A DNA stretch of 62,228 nt from Catajapyx aquilonaris (Eukaryota), in NCBI GenBank assembly GCA_000934665.2, contig JYFJ02002161.1, positions 1 through 62,228 of the forward strand, written 5' to 3'. The position numbers and the translations under genes are program-made. Under the pieces are notes generated by a model, which saw only the letters and a list, made by a program, of their open reading frames with translations, ran no database searches and was not told the DNA's origin. This document shows positions 1 to 11,655 of the stretch, in pieces. Position 1 is the first letter of the stretch. The number at the start of each line of letters is the position of its first letter.

Positions 1-80
1 CCCCCCCCCCCCCTCCCCCTCGGTGAGGGCCCCGCACCCCACAATCGCCCCGGGCCCCGCAAAGCCTGGCGACGGCCCTG
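1..80. mobile_element. Right end of a non-autonomous hAT-like DNA transposon (truncated by the window edge)
   Basis: GC-rich stretch ending ...GGGCCCCGCAAAGCCTGGCGACGGCCCTG, whose reverse complement starts CAGGGCCGTC. This resembles the CAGGGCC-type termini and GGGCCCC subterminal motifs of hAT-Tip100 MITEs. The other end is not visible. Confidence 0.4.
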
Positions 81-141
81 ACTACAGTTACGAGCACTTC
101 CGGGGGGAGAAGTCAATGGAGAAGTGCTCGTAGACTGTAGT
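81..141. repeat. Short inverted repeat (about 20-bp arms)
   Basis: ACTACAGTTACGAGCACTTC (81-100) pairs with GAAGTGCTCGTAGACTGTAGT (121-141) with a single-base bulge. Confidence 0.75.
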
Positions 142-451
142 TCATGCACTGCCGCTATGACAATTCTTGGTGGTCTGATAGTACACAGGTCCCCACTGTT
201 TAATATTTAACAAACAAAACCCTGCCAAGTAATGCATTTTTGAGAGGAAAAAAAAAGTCCGCAACATCTAGTTATTATGGCTCCGAATCAATTATTTTAT
301 AGCAACCAGGGATTGAAAAATGTCTCAAGGCCCTCCAACTTATGATTCAATCTACAATTACATGGAAAAGGAAGGAGAACTGTATACAGGGTCCTTTCGA
401 ATGTCATTGCACAGAATTCGTTTTTAGCTTCCAAAAACATTGAATAATCAC

Positions 452-1178
<727 letters not shown>

Positions 1179-1305
1179 TCAGTCCCTCTTTGTAATCAAG
1201 CTGCTTAGTGTCACCTCATCACTGTAACAAGAACATTTAGCTTCACTTACACATGTTCATGATAGCTTCAAAAACACCTGCCCCCAAACACAAAACACCC
1301 ACTTA

Positions 1306-1328
1306 ACACACACACACACACACACACA
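1306..1328. repeat. (CA)n microsatellite
   Basis: ACACACAC run seen directly. Confidence 0.9.
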
Positions 1329-1649
1329 AACAAATCTTATTTCAGGTACACACTTCCGCTACTACTAGTATTCCATTACACCATGGGTGCAAAACTTGTA
1401 TCAAAATACTAAACTAAATGATCAGTGTGTTATACGTACATGTGTTACCTAAAACACCAGCAGTAGTACTTCAACATACCCTGAAGATAATTACATATCT
1501 CATGAATTTAGGTCACTATTATTATTGTGACCTTTGGTGATAAACCTTACTGCACATGGATTGAATAAAACTCATAAGTTTTACTGTAGGAGTGTTGCCA
1601 TCTCACAGCTGGCAGGAAACTTTAATATAGTACAATAAAGAGCATTAAA

Positions 1650-1967
1650 GGGGAGGCGGAGTGGTGCTGCGGTAACGTATGCGCCCACGGATGTTAAGGT
1701 CCCGGGTTCGACCCCAACCCGGGGAGATCCCCTTCATCTCGTGCATAGTTCAGGGTCACCTCTGGCTTCCTCTCGGGTGGTATATCCACAGACTAAACTA
1801 CCGGGGGGNCTAAAAATGGCCACATAAAGACATTGCACTGCACCTTGCACATCCCCTCCTGTCATCCTGCCCGTGGGCCCGGGCGCTTCAATAATTAGGT
1901 TCCAAATATGTACATCGTACAAATAAAGGTCCGTGCTACATGCCGAGAAGGCCAAGCACTACCCGGA

Positions 1968-2021
<54 letters not shown>
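1650..2021 (+). mobile_element. Full-length tRNA-derived SINE with (ATT)n tail and 14-bp TSD
   Basis: A-box-like TGGTGCTGCGG (about 1662-1672), B-box GGTTCGACCCC (about 1705-1715) and an (ATT)n tail at about 1969-2021. Flanked by the exact direct repeat TAAAGAGCATTAAA (1636-1649 and 2022-2035). Confidence 0.9.
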
Positions 2022-2024
<3 letters not shown>

Positions 2025-5000
2025 AGAGCATTAAACTCGCATTAAACTACTTTCATTAATTAATTTTCTTCTTGTCCCACCCCTACTAGAGCTTTAAAAA
2101 AAGGTTGTAGATGGTATGATCTTAAAGTACATAACCAGAAGCATAATAATTTACCCCTGTACAGTACAACCACATTCAGATATGGAGCACAAAAATAATG
2201 TTGTTTACCATGGAGTGAACCATTTGGAGTTCCCAGAAGGAAGTTGTGAAGTGTTTACAACCACTGGCAGGAAATCTGAACCCATAACCATTGTTTATAT
2301 TTGTTTATATGCCAAGTGAAACTGCTGAAGTATAAGATCCTTGGGGCTTAGGACAAAACAAATGGCTAACTTAAAAGAGTGGCTGTTTTTGTTGTCAGAG
2401 CAAACAACCCATAATGTCCCATTCTCCCCACGCCCTTGATAACTTATGTGTCTGGCTGGCACTGTTCACTTACTAGTAGGATGTTTACAGAATCTTTTGC
2501 CTTAAAACAACACTTCCCCTCATTCACATTAACCCACATAATTAACATTAGGTTCTCCATTACTACCTACCCATCCTTAGGAGCCCACAGCAGTCAGCCG
2601 AACACCACGGAAGAACAGTTTGGACTGTAGGACTGTTATATAAGCTGTTCAGTCAAGATATTTGGTCTAAAAACTTACATAACCTTACACCACAAACAGG
2701 TGTCTGGAATTTCCTTCTGGATGTGTATGCCCATTGCCTTTGGCCCAAAAGACTTCAAGTGTACAAATCTTTAAATCATTGAGAACAAGTAGGCTGCATC
2801 TCTAAAATCTGTTACGGTACTTGTGCATTAGAGTGTGACTAAACTCACACAGGTCCTAGCAGAATACCTTGCCACTTGACTGGAAGTGCACCCATGAGAA
2901 GCGAAGATATATTTCATTAGTAACAGTAAACATTCCATGCTCCACAGCCCATGCATTTGAACAACAGCATTTGAAGTCAGGTTAATTCACGCATAATAAG
3001 TTTATGAAATCCAGCGTTACCCAATAGTATTATCGCTAATAATTCTATTGCTACGACTGCATGCCTCAAAATTATGCACAGCCTATACTTTAATTATCAT
3101 GTAATTCTACTTGCCAGTGTCAATATGATGGTATACACCTGTATAAATAACTACAAAAAAAGCATCTGCTCACCGTTAGGTCAATCTGACCTTCAAAATT
3201 GCAACCAGGAAGAGGACTAACCAGCAATAAAAATAAAGAGGCCAAGTGCAACATATGGCAAGCGAGTGCATCCAAGTGCCCCCCACCTTCCACCATTTTT
3301 TAGACCTTTTCCTATTTTTTACACACATCCTCTTGGCAATAAGACTGCAAAATCCAGGTCATTCCATTCCTGACTTTGACCTTTTCCTTATCTTCATTTT
3401 TTTAAGGCCAGCCTTCTTCGTGGGCAATGACCATCAAGCCGCCACTTAATTGGGATAAAGCTCCTTGTCAGACAACAGTTACTGTGTTTTTTTTTGTGAA
3501 GTTGTTTATCTGAATGCACATGCAGCAAAGGTGATGGATTGCTGTTGTCCAGATGTGGGACATGTGCTGACAAAAATAGATGACCTCACTGTCATGAAAT
3601 ATTATGTATCATCAGATTACATCTAACTTCTCAAGAAGATTAACGCATCACACACTGATCCTTGATTGTTCCTTACAAAATAAACTTAATTAGGAAATTA
3701 TTATTCTTGTCTCTAAACTTAAGACCCACAAAATCATAAAGCATTTTTGCAGTAAAATGGTAAATAAAGGCAATCTTGAAGTATTTTAAAACTTTAAAAA
3801 AGGTTTCAGCTGTAACTTTTAAGGTTAATAACATCTACCAGATATCATGGCATGAATCCCTTCATAGGAAGTTATTGCCATATAACATACTTCATAAGAT
3901 ACACATCAAACTTCTCAAAAAAACTAGGCCATATCCTTATAAAGAAAGGAGTCAATAAATCTCAAGTATGTTTAAACGAATTTATTGCCAAAAAAATATC
4001 CATAGAACCACTCCCTTATTTGTCACCGAATGCAGCCTCAAAACATGTAACCTTGTAATTTATATTCTCTGTTACCTGGAAGTACTTATTTGAGCTTCGA
4101 TCAGCATGGTTGCCTATCCATGACTAACACTCACATGAAGAAAAGAATGAAAGAAAAAAAAGAGAATTGCATTGTGACACATCAGGTATGGTTTTCTTTC
4201 ATTCGCAGCATTTACTAATCCATGCAGGGGGCAATGCTGCAAATGCTTTAGCCCTCTGAGATTGAGCATAATTAGTTCCACAATCACTCCTTGCAACCTC
4301 ACCCCTCCTCTATCACCTTAAAGTGGGCTATCATTTACGCCCTTTTCACTCAGGTGCATGAGCTGAAGTAATTGTTATGACCTGCTTTCTAAACAATGTA
4401 ACCTGTTCAAGTTGCCATTTAAAAACCTCAGCAACGATGTCAGTGTAAAGAGAGTGATACTTTGAAAATCCTTTGCTTCTACTCGTCTTCTATGTGCACA
4501 CTTAGGCATTTGAATTGTTTCAAGGTATCCATACATGATGCCTTTTGTAGTTCCATAACAAGTGATCGTTAAAGTGCCAATGACACGAGTTACACAAGGT
4601 GTTTTGACATCATTCATTTAAAAATTGTGCAAATGTGCAGTTTAGAGGCAGGATTTGCTTGCACTATAGTGCACATACAATACTAATCTTTGCCATATAA
4701 ACCCCTCATAATTCACAAGGCCAATTGACAATGCTGAGCATTGTCCTCAAGAGTTGTAAAAGCCTTAGGAGATTGGAAGGAGGTATGTGGACAGAGACAA
4801 GGAAGTGCTATGGAAGTATTACATTGCAACAGTGCAGTACACATTTGGAATATGACATCTAGTGTGATTGGAACATGCCCCGAGAAAATGATGCAAAACC
4901 TTACAACTGAAGGCCAGAGTGCTTCCCAATATGAATGACAATATTATTATCAGAGTAATTAAAATCATATCTGCATAGTTCCCTTATTTCCTGGAGATAA

Positions 5001-6350
5001 TTGGGCAAGATAATGGCAATGGGTTTGGTCAAGCTAGACTTGATCATACCTGGTTAAATACCACCTACAGAAAAGTTAATACGATACATATTTTCATACA
5101 GCTTAGTTATCCATTTCATATTTAAGCATTATCTCCCTTAATTTGGATTTTAAACTCTAAATCTCTCATGTTCTACACAATAAGTCACATAAAATAGGAA
5201 ATGTCCTAAATACGAAAAATCATCTGTGAACATGACCAATAACTCAATAAGTCAACTTGCTGGAATTAACAGTTAAAACTAGAGTCCTGAGATAGGGTGT
5301 TATGCATTGGTGACCTTAACCCATATCTCTTCTTTAAGGAAATAATCAAATAAATATGAACTAATTAAAAGTGCACATGTACCTGCTTTTCAACAATGCT
5401 TGGAAGGAATCATTACTAAACTGCACTACTCACCACCCGCAGCTAAATGAATGTCATTTGACTCCCATCCTCAAGTATTAATTTTCACTCTTTGGAAAAG
5501 TGCAAGACTGAATCACTGCATGAAGCAACACGATCAGGACCAGTTTGTCACACGCGCCCAGTAAGAGTGTGACAAAAATCCACCTTGAAAGGGTGTAGCC
5601 TTCTCGGTGGGAAAAAGGAAATGAACAGTGAAAGGTTCATCAAAGTGTGCAAATTCTTTTGCAATCGAATCACCCAACACAAGCAATATCCTCCGGCTGT
5701 CTAACCAGCAAAACATGGAATCTGCTGAACATGCACTACGACTACAAATAATGTCCACACATGTCTTGCCAGCTGATGCTTTTCCTTCCACTTTCACCAC
5801 ATAAACCAACAAATTTTTTTTTGTAAATCTGTAGCAGCACGCCTGTTTCTCCCCCCGAGGGTTGGGTGTTGTCACAGTGACATACCACCAACTTGGTATT
5901 TCCATTTGGGCACTGACCTTTTTGTTTTGGAAAAATCCAGTCAGCACCATGCCCTTCCCTCTTCTTGGTATGCCAGCACTTCTGGGTGTGTGCCTCCTGC
6001 TCACGCCCGTCTGGCGGACTGACAGCCTCGAGGTCGGGCCAACATGCAGCCGAGGGAGGCGGAGAAAGAGGCTGTGCACACACCACAAAAAAAGAAAAAC
6101 AGGAGGCAGAGAAAGGAGGACCATGCCAGCTCAGGCAGAAGGACAGACAGAATAATATTCACACGAACGGGAGCGGCACTACAGCGACACCTACCCGACA
6201 CGGAAGGAACATGTCGTATATGGAACACACGATTTAGAACACGATTTAGAACATATCGCATACAAAAGAGTGTTCCATTTCCATATTTCAGCCCGAGTCT
6301 GGCCCGGTCTTGCCAGTGCAGACAGCGCCAGTCTGCGGCGTAATTAGTCA

Positions 6351-7439
6351 ATGGAAGTTTCCCCCCCTGCAGCAGCACCACCTGCAAAAGAGACCCACCC
6401 ACAGAGCCCCACTGCAGAGAAGATGATTCCTCCTGCTGCTGCCCCACCTCCGCCCCCGGCTGCCCCGCCGCCTCCTGAGGTGGAGGATGACCCGCCGGTG
6501 ACCCTGCTTGACCTGGCCTGGGAGGACATACTGTTCCGGCATGTGCTGCCCCGCCTGACCCTGCGTGACCTCTTCAGACTCAGGGCCGCTTCCCACCTGT
6601 GCCGCAGCCTGGTGGAGTGCTACTGGGCCAGGGGGATGAAGGAGGTGGATCTGGGGAGGGCCAGCGCAGGGATGCTCACCGGCTCAGGCGGTGGTGGGGG
6701 GAACGGAGGGAACAGGCTGGACGGGGAGGCATTCAAGTTGGCCACCTCCTCCGCCTCCAACCTCAGGAGGATCTGTCTTGAGGGATGCGGGTAAGGAACC
6801 GTACACACAGTAGAGCTTGATGCTACAAGTTGTCCGAGGCAATGTGGCGTTTTGTCGGTGGAATCACACGTAAAACCAGGTAAAACCAGGTTTTCCTAAC
6901 TGGAACACAAAAATTAGACTTTTACTATAAGTTATATGACAAAAATTAGAGGGGTTAGGCACTTATGAAGTCCCTCGTACACCAAGACTGAAGTCTGGTA
7001 AAAGTTCGACTGAAAGTCCAGGGGAAGTCTGGCTGAAGGTCTTGAAGTCCTGTCAAAGCCCATGAAGTCCGTTAATACACCGAGACTGAAGTCTGGACAA
7101 ATTGTGAAGTCCGCCCAAGTCCATGAAGTACACCGAGATTGAAATCTGGACAAAGTTCATGAAGTCAGACTGAAGGCCGTGAAGTTCAGTCAAAGTCCTT
7201 GAAGTTCCTTGTACTGTACACCGAGACTGAAGTCTGGACAAAGTCTGTCGTACACTATTAAGTGACTAACCCCTCGCAAAAATTACATGACAAAAATTTT
7301 TTCCGCAACAGGCTAGTTTCTTCCACAATGGCTGTTGTATGTGACATATTTTGAAAATTGGACCATCTCTGGCTTCGTCTCGGGTGGGACTCCTTAGACT
7401 AACCACCTGGGGAAGTTTACAAAATGGCCTCACCCACGA

Positions 7440-7497
<58 letters not shown>

Positions 7498-8277
7498 TTA
7501 AAAATTCTCAGGGGTTGGGCGTGTGATGCAATGCTGGAGCCAGTTTTCCAGAACAACGCCCGGCTGGAGGTGGTGGAGCTGAATGGTTGCTTGGGGCTGA
7601 CATCCAAGTGCCTCCAGGCACTGTTCATTCTCTGCCGGGGGCTTAGGCGCCTTGGATTGAAAGGGTGTCACTGGCTTGCACCGGCGGATTTGCAGGTTTG
7701 CTGTCACACTCAATTTTGGAGGAGCACCATGCAGTCTCATGATCTATACTCTTTAGGTACTGGCACTCCACCAGCATGGGATCCTGGAGGCTGACTTTGA
7801 GTCATGCTGGGAGCTGTCGGATGCAGCACTGGCTCCCTTCCTGCGCTCATCTCCCCATCTTGTCTCTCTCTCGATGGCCAACATCTACTCACTGACTGAT
7901 GCTACCTTACGCTCTGTTGCCTCACATGCCAGGCACCTGCAGAGGCTTGACTTGCGAGGGTGCTGGAGACTCACCGATGATGGGATCCGTACTCTCGCTG
8001 AGTACTGCCCACGACTCAAGGAGCTCAGGGTGGCTGACTGCAGGCAAGTTTTTACCTCCAAGTACTGCATGCGCATTGCTCTGGGAAAAATTGGTATTGT
8101 TTGTATTTCAGGCATGTTGGAGAGAGGAGCCTGGCTCCACTACGTCTGCGGATGTCTATTGACAAGCCGCCTCCACTACCTCCTCCACTGATGATGCAGC
8201 ACCATAGGGGAAGGTACCCCTACCAGCGCTTACATGGGTGCTGGCCACCACCACCACCCATCTACCTGCAGATGTAG
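6351..8277 (+). CDS. FBXL15: F-box/LRR protein 15 (FBXL15; Drosophila jetlag-like); exons 6351-6790, 7512-7695, 7757-8043, 8112-8277; 358 aa
   Basis: F-box LLDLAWEDILFRHVLPRLTLRDLFRLR resembles FBXL15 FLDLPWEDVLLPHVL. Cys-containing LRRs follow (LELNGCLGLT, LDLRGCWRLTDDGIRTLAEYCP), and the C-terminus CRHVGERSL...IDKPP...IYLQM* parallels FBXL15. Intron phases (2,0,2) join in frame to 1077 nt. Intron 3 is GC-AG. Confidence 0.9.
6949..7275. mobile_element. MITE (Mutator-like) with internal tandem repeats, in FBXL15 intron 1
   Basis: 17-bp TIRs GAGGGGTTAGGCACTTA (6949-6965) and TAAGTGACTAACCCCTC (7259-7275), 1 mismatch. CAAAAATTA flanks both sides (6940-6948, 7277-7285). The interior repeats ACACC(A/G)AGACTGAAGTCTGG four times. 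Confidence 0.7.
7360..7493 (+). mobile_element. 5'-truncated SINE-related retroposon with (ATT)n tail
   Basis: CTCTGGCTTCGTCTCGGGTGG...AGACTAA...AAAATGGCC matches the interior of the SINE at 1650-2021 (about 1760-1820). (ATT)n tail at 7441-7493. TSD TATTTTGAAAATT (7347-7359) / TATTTTAAAAATT (7494-7506). Confidence 0.8.
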
Positions 8278-11200
8278 AGTTGGAACAACTAAAACAGAAA
8301 ATATGGCCCACCAGGCTCATCTTGTCGTGTTGCTTTACATCCTGTTGCTTTGGGAGGGAGAAGTCATGTAGAAATTTGCCTGCTGCCGATTGCCCCAAGT
8401 TTGCACCTCATGGTTTTCGCAAGTTCAGTTATCCTGGATTATGCCAATTATGAGGTTAAGGTTATAGTTTCTAATAGTCTGTGGGATACCTGACGTCAGG
8501 TGCTTTAAAATTGCTTGTAATTTTTGTAGTTGTTGTTTTCATTGTTGCTTGATGTGTTTGTAGGTCTTTAAATGAGCCAGGAGATGCTGCTAACAGTTAC
8601 AGGCTGAGTGCCTTTGCCAGGATGGCATTTTTGACAACTGCTTGTGATTCATAATTTATTGAGTGCTGATGGAAGAGTGCAACTGCAAATTGTCACTGGG
8701 ATGCCTAGAAGAAAATCAACTCTAGCACCTGAAACATTAGATTCTTCATGCATATTTGTTGCTATTTCTGCATAGCAAGAATTTGGGAGAACTTGACGAA
8801 GTTGGTAGTTTGGTTGTAGGTGTTGCAGGGCAGTCTGAGTGCATCACGTCCTTCAAGAAGCTAGTTCTGTATCTTAATGGCACTGAAAGAAAAGGGCTTG
8901 GCATTCATTACCAAGAGGTTGGCCATTCACAAAACAGTTAATCACGTATTCATAGGTGGGTTCCAATGGAGAAATGATTCCAATCATATGTAACCTTACT
9001 CCTTACAACTTCAAAGAGGACCCAGCCAACCCCTTGAACATTATTCTGTGTTCTTCCAATTCCTCAATTGTATCCATCAAATATTTGTATGCAATTTATA
9101 TGCAGTACCACAGTGAGATGTATTTGAATGCTTGGCATTCTTAATTTTGATTGCACTCGACACAATAAGAGCTCAGTTGATTATGCTGTGGTGACCCATT
9201 GAAATATCTTCTTTGATCACAAGAGTGCTGTGAGGTTTAGTGCAGGTGAAGGTGCTACAACCTTTTGAGAAGTTATTTAGTATGCACTTAGTTTTATCTT
9301 GTGTCAGTGCATCATGTTGATCTTGGTACAAGCTTGCGGCAGAAAGGCAATTGAATGGTTTTGCTTTGTGGGCTTGGCTACATTCGTAGGTTACCTTGTA
9401 ACATCCATTACACATGCATTTTTTTGGTGAGCAATAAGGTCAAGTGTGGCAAAACGTTTATGATGATTCAGGACCCTTTTTGATTATCTCAAGGAATTGG
9501 GAACTTCTTCATTGTACTGAATTAAATGTAATAATGTGACCTCCATTTACTGCAACTTTTTGCAGCTGTAGTAAGGCCCTTCATGTCACAAGTTTGTTGT
9601 AGATTAATGGTAGTTTTACTGCACTATGGAAGTTGTATGGTGGCCTTTTCGTTTGCCAAGAACTGTTGATGTGAGGCAGATTCGATTTGCCCTTAATGAC
9701 CTGCGCATGAAGGCAGAATTGACATGCAATGACATCCCGAAGGTTATTTTTGCGAGGGATATTTCGTACTGCCGGTATTTTCGATGTTCCAATTGTATGG
9801 TTTTGAGTGGTACTGATCAGGGAATGCATAACCATTAAGTCGGATGGTAATATAGTGAAACTTGCTTACAGTTGAATTACTTGGTTGTAACCCACAATGG
9901 ATGAACACATCTTGGAAAATAACTTTGTATCAATTTAGTCAAATACTCTCCAATGCTATACATGGAAAGCGTCAATCTGAAACAAGTGGTTTCACGAGTA
10001 GACTACACACTGTGATATGTTTTTCGGGATGCCATCATAAATGCCACTTGTTCGTAAATTTGGAATGTTCTGTAATACTAGTAACACCAGTGTAATCCCA
10101 TCTCAGTTCAGGTGCTTTTGCAATAGACAAATCCACTGAATACAGAGTCTGCTTTGGACAGGTTTCACTGTATTGGGCTTATCCGACAGTTGGAATCCTC
10201 CCCATCTGCTAGTGTGTGCTGCATTTCTTGTATCTGTTGTTAATCTCTCAGCTGGGAAGCTGGGTAGATTTAATTCAATTCGTGTCTCATTAAATTATTC
10301 CGGTGCAATTAGTACCCCATGAGTTGGCATATCACAGGGATAAATCCAGTGAGGGTAAAACTAACTTCCTCACAATGTCATAATCATCAAAATAATGTGT
10401 CATGATTGGGCCATTTCTTGCGAGCAACAATCCCAATGTACTCTTAATCATTAGAGCGTATATTATAGTAGCATACTTACTAACCTGATTTGCAAAAATG
10501 GTGCCCTCTTAACACCTACCGTCTATGCTTCAGAGCAAAGTGCACTTCAAAAATAAAAAGCCGCAAGTCAGGGGCTTTGTTTCTAGTCAAGAATGCGACC
10601 AAACATATTATATAGGGAAAAAAAGTTACGTATTGCGTGTTAGGGAAGAGAGCACTGTGTCTTTTATGCATGTTCTGGTTGTTACGTGATGATTGTTGCA
10701 ATCCAACGAGTTTTAGTGTGAAGGGTGTCCCACACAGTTCAATGATAATGGAAAAGAGCTGCTTTTAGGGCCACATACTACAGAAAGACGTGATTACTCA
10801 TTCGTATTAATTACACTATTTAACTTTGGTGTACCTCAAAGGCAATTTCCACCAACCGGCTGTAGTTTGTTAGCTGCCTACCGCCACCTGGTAATGCTGC
10901 CTCCGAAGTGAACAACCCTTGCCAATTGCATTTAATATCCTCATGGACACTTGTACTTACACTCAGGGCCCACCATCGCCACAGCACACTAGTGACTCCA
11001 GTGAACACTAGCTGTGGTGTAAGTCCTAAAAGTAAAATGCCTTTGACTTTTTCCAATCACAAGAATTTAGTAGCCTTGACATGTTCACTTGGAGGTTCTC
11101 ATTGCCACAATGTTCAATGTTGTCCAAGACCAAGCACTGCTGCATAAAGTGGCATTTAACTTGACTCAGTCTGATGCAGCATTTCAAGATAGCAGCAGTG

Positions 11201-11655
11201 CTCACTCTTTCACCTGTCTTCTTAATAATAGCTTCGGTGGGAAAAAAAAGTGGGAGGTGTTAGGTATACATGGTCAATCTTCTTGGCTACATTTGCAAAT
11301 CATTCCAGTGTTACTTGGCTGAGAATGTTAGAGGTCCACTAACTAAGTCGTGCCCTTCAACCAGTTTATGTTATCCCCCCCTTATGTGAGGTAGACATGG
11401 TTGTGAATTTATCAAAGCCTGTAGGCCTAATGTTAATAAAAACATGTCTGTTTTGTACCTTGGCTTTCATTACACTGCAGGCCCATGGAAAAGTCCGCTA
11501 CTTCTGCTATTCCCAAGTCAACAAGAAATTGAAAATAAAAACATGAAACTTGAGTCACACTTTATTTATTACTCAACTTGAACACCGGGGAGTCGCACAA
11601 ATTCAGAATTTAATCATCCCCCACCCACTCCTGTTGACGATTTTCGTAATTGCAT

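Noticed and set aside
1650..1725. Possible tRNA gene
   Set aside because: A/B boxes are present but there is no proper cloverleaf, and it heads an element with tail and TSD, so it is a SINE.
5534..6124. 196-aa minus-strand ORF upstream of FBXL15
   Set aside because: No recognisable domain or coding-like composition. It overlaps a promoter-like region and is more simply explained as UTR/intron.
6978..7245. CRISPR-like repeat-spacer pattern
   Set aside because: Eukaryotic intron, irregular spacing, spacers made of the same motif, enclosed by TIRs, and no cas genes.
7351..7511. Poly-Ile ORF segments on both strands
   Set aside because: Translation of the (ATT)n retroposon tail inside an intron.
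8650..9130. Minus-strand fragments faintly like Polinton/Maverick polymerase N-terminal motifs (QGVGWVL; PKFL...CFR)
   Set aside because: Needs several frameshifts and stops, and the motif spacing is too long. Not supportable without a tBLASTn/HMM search.
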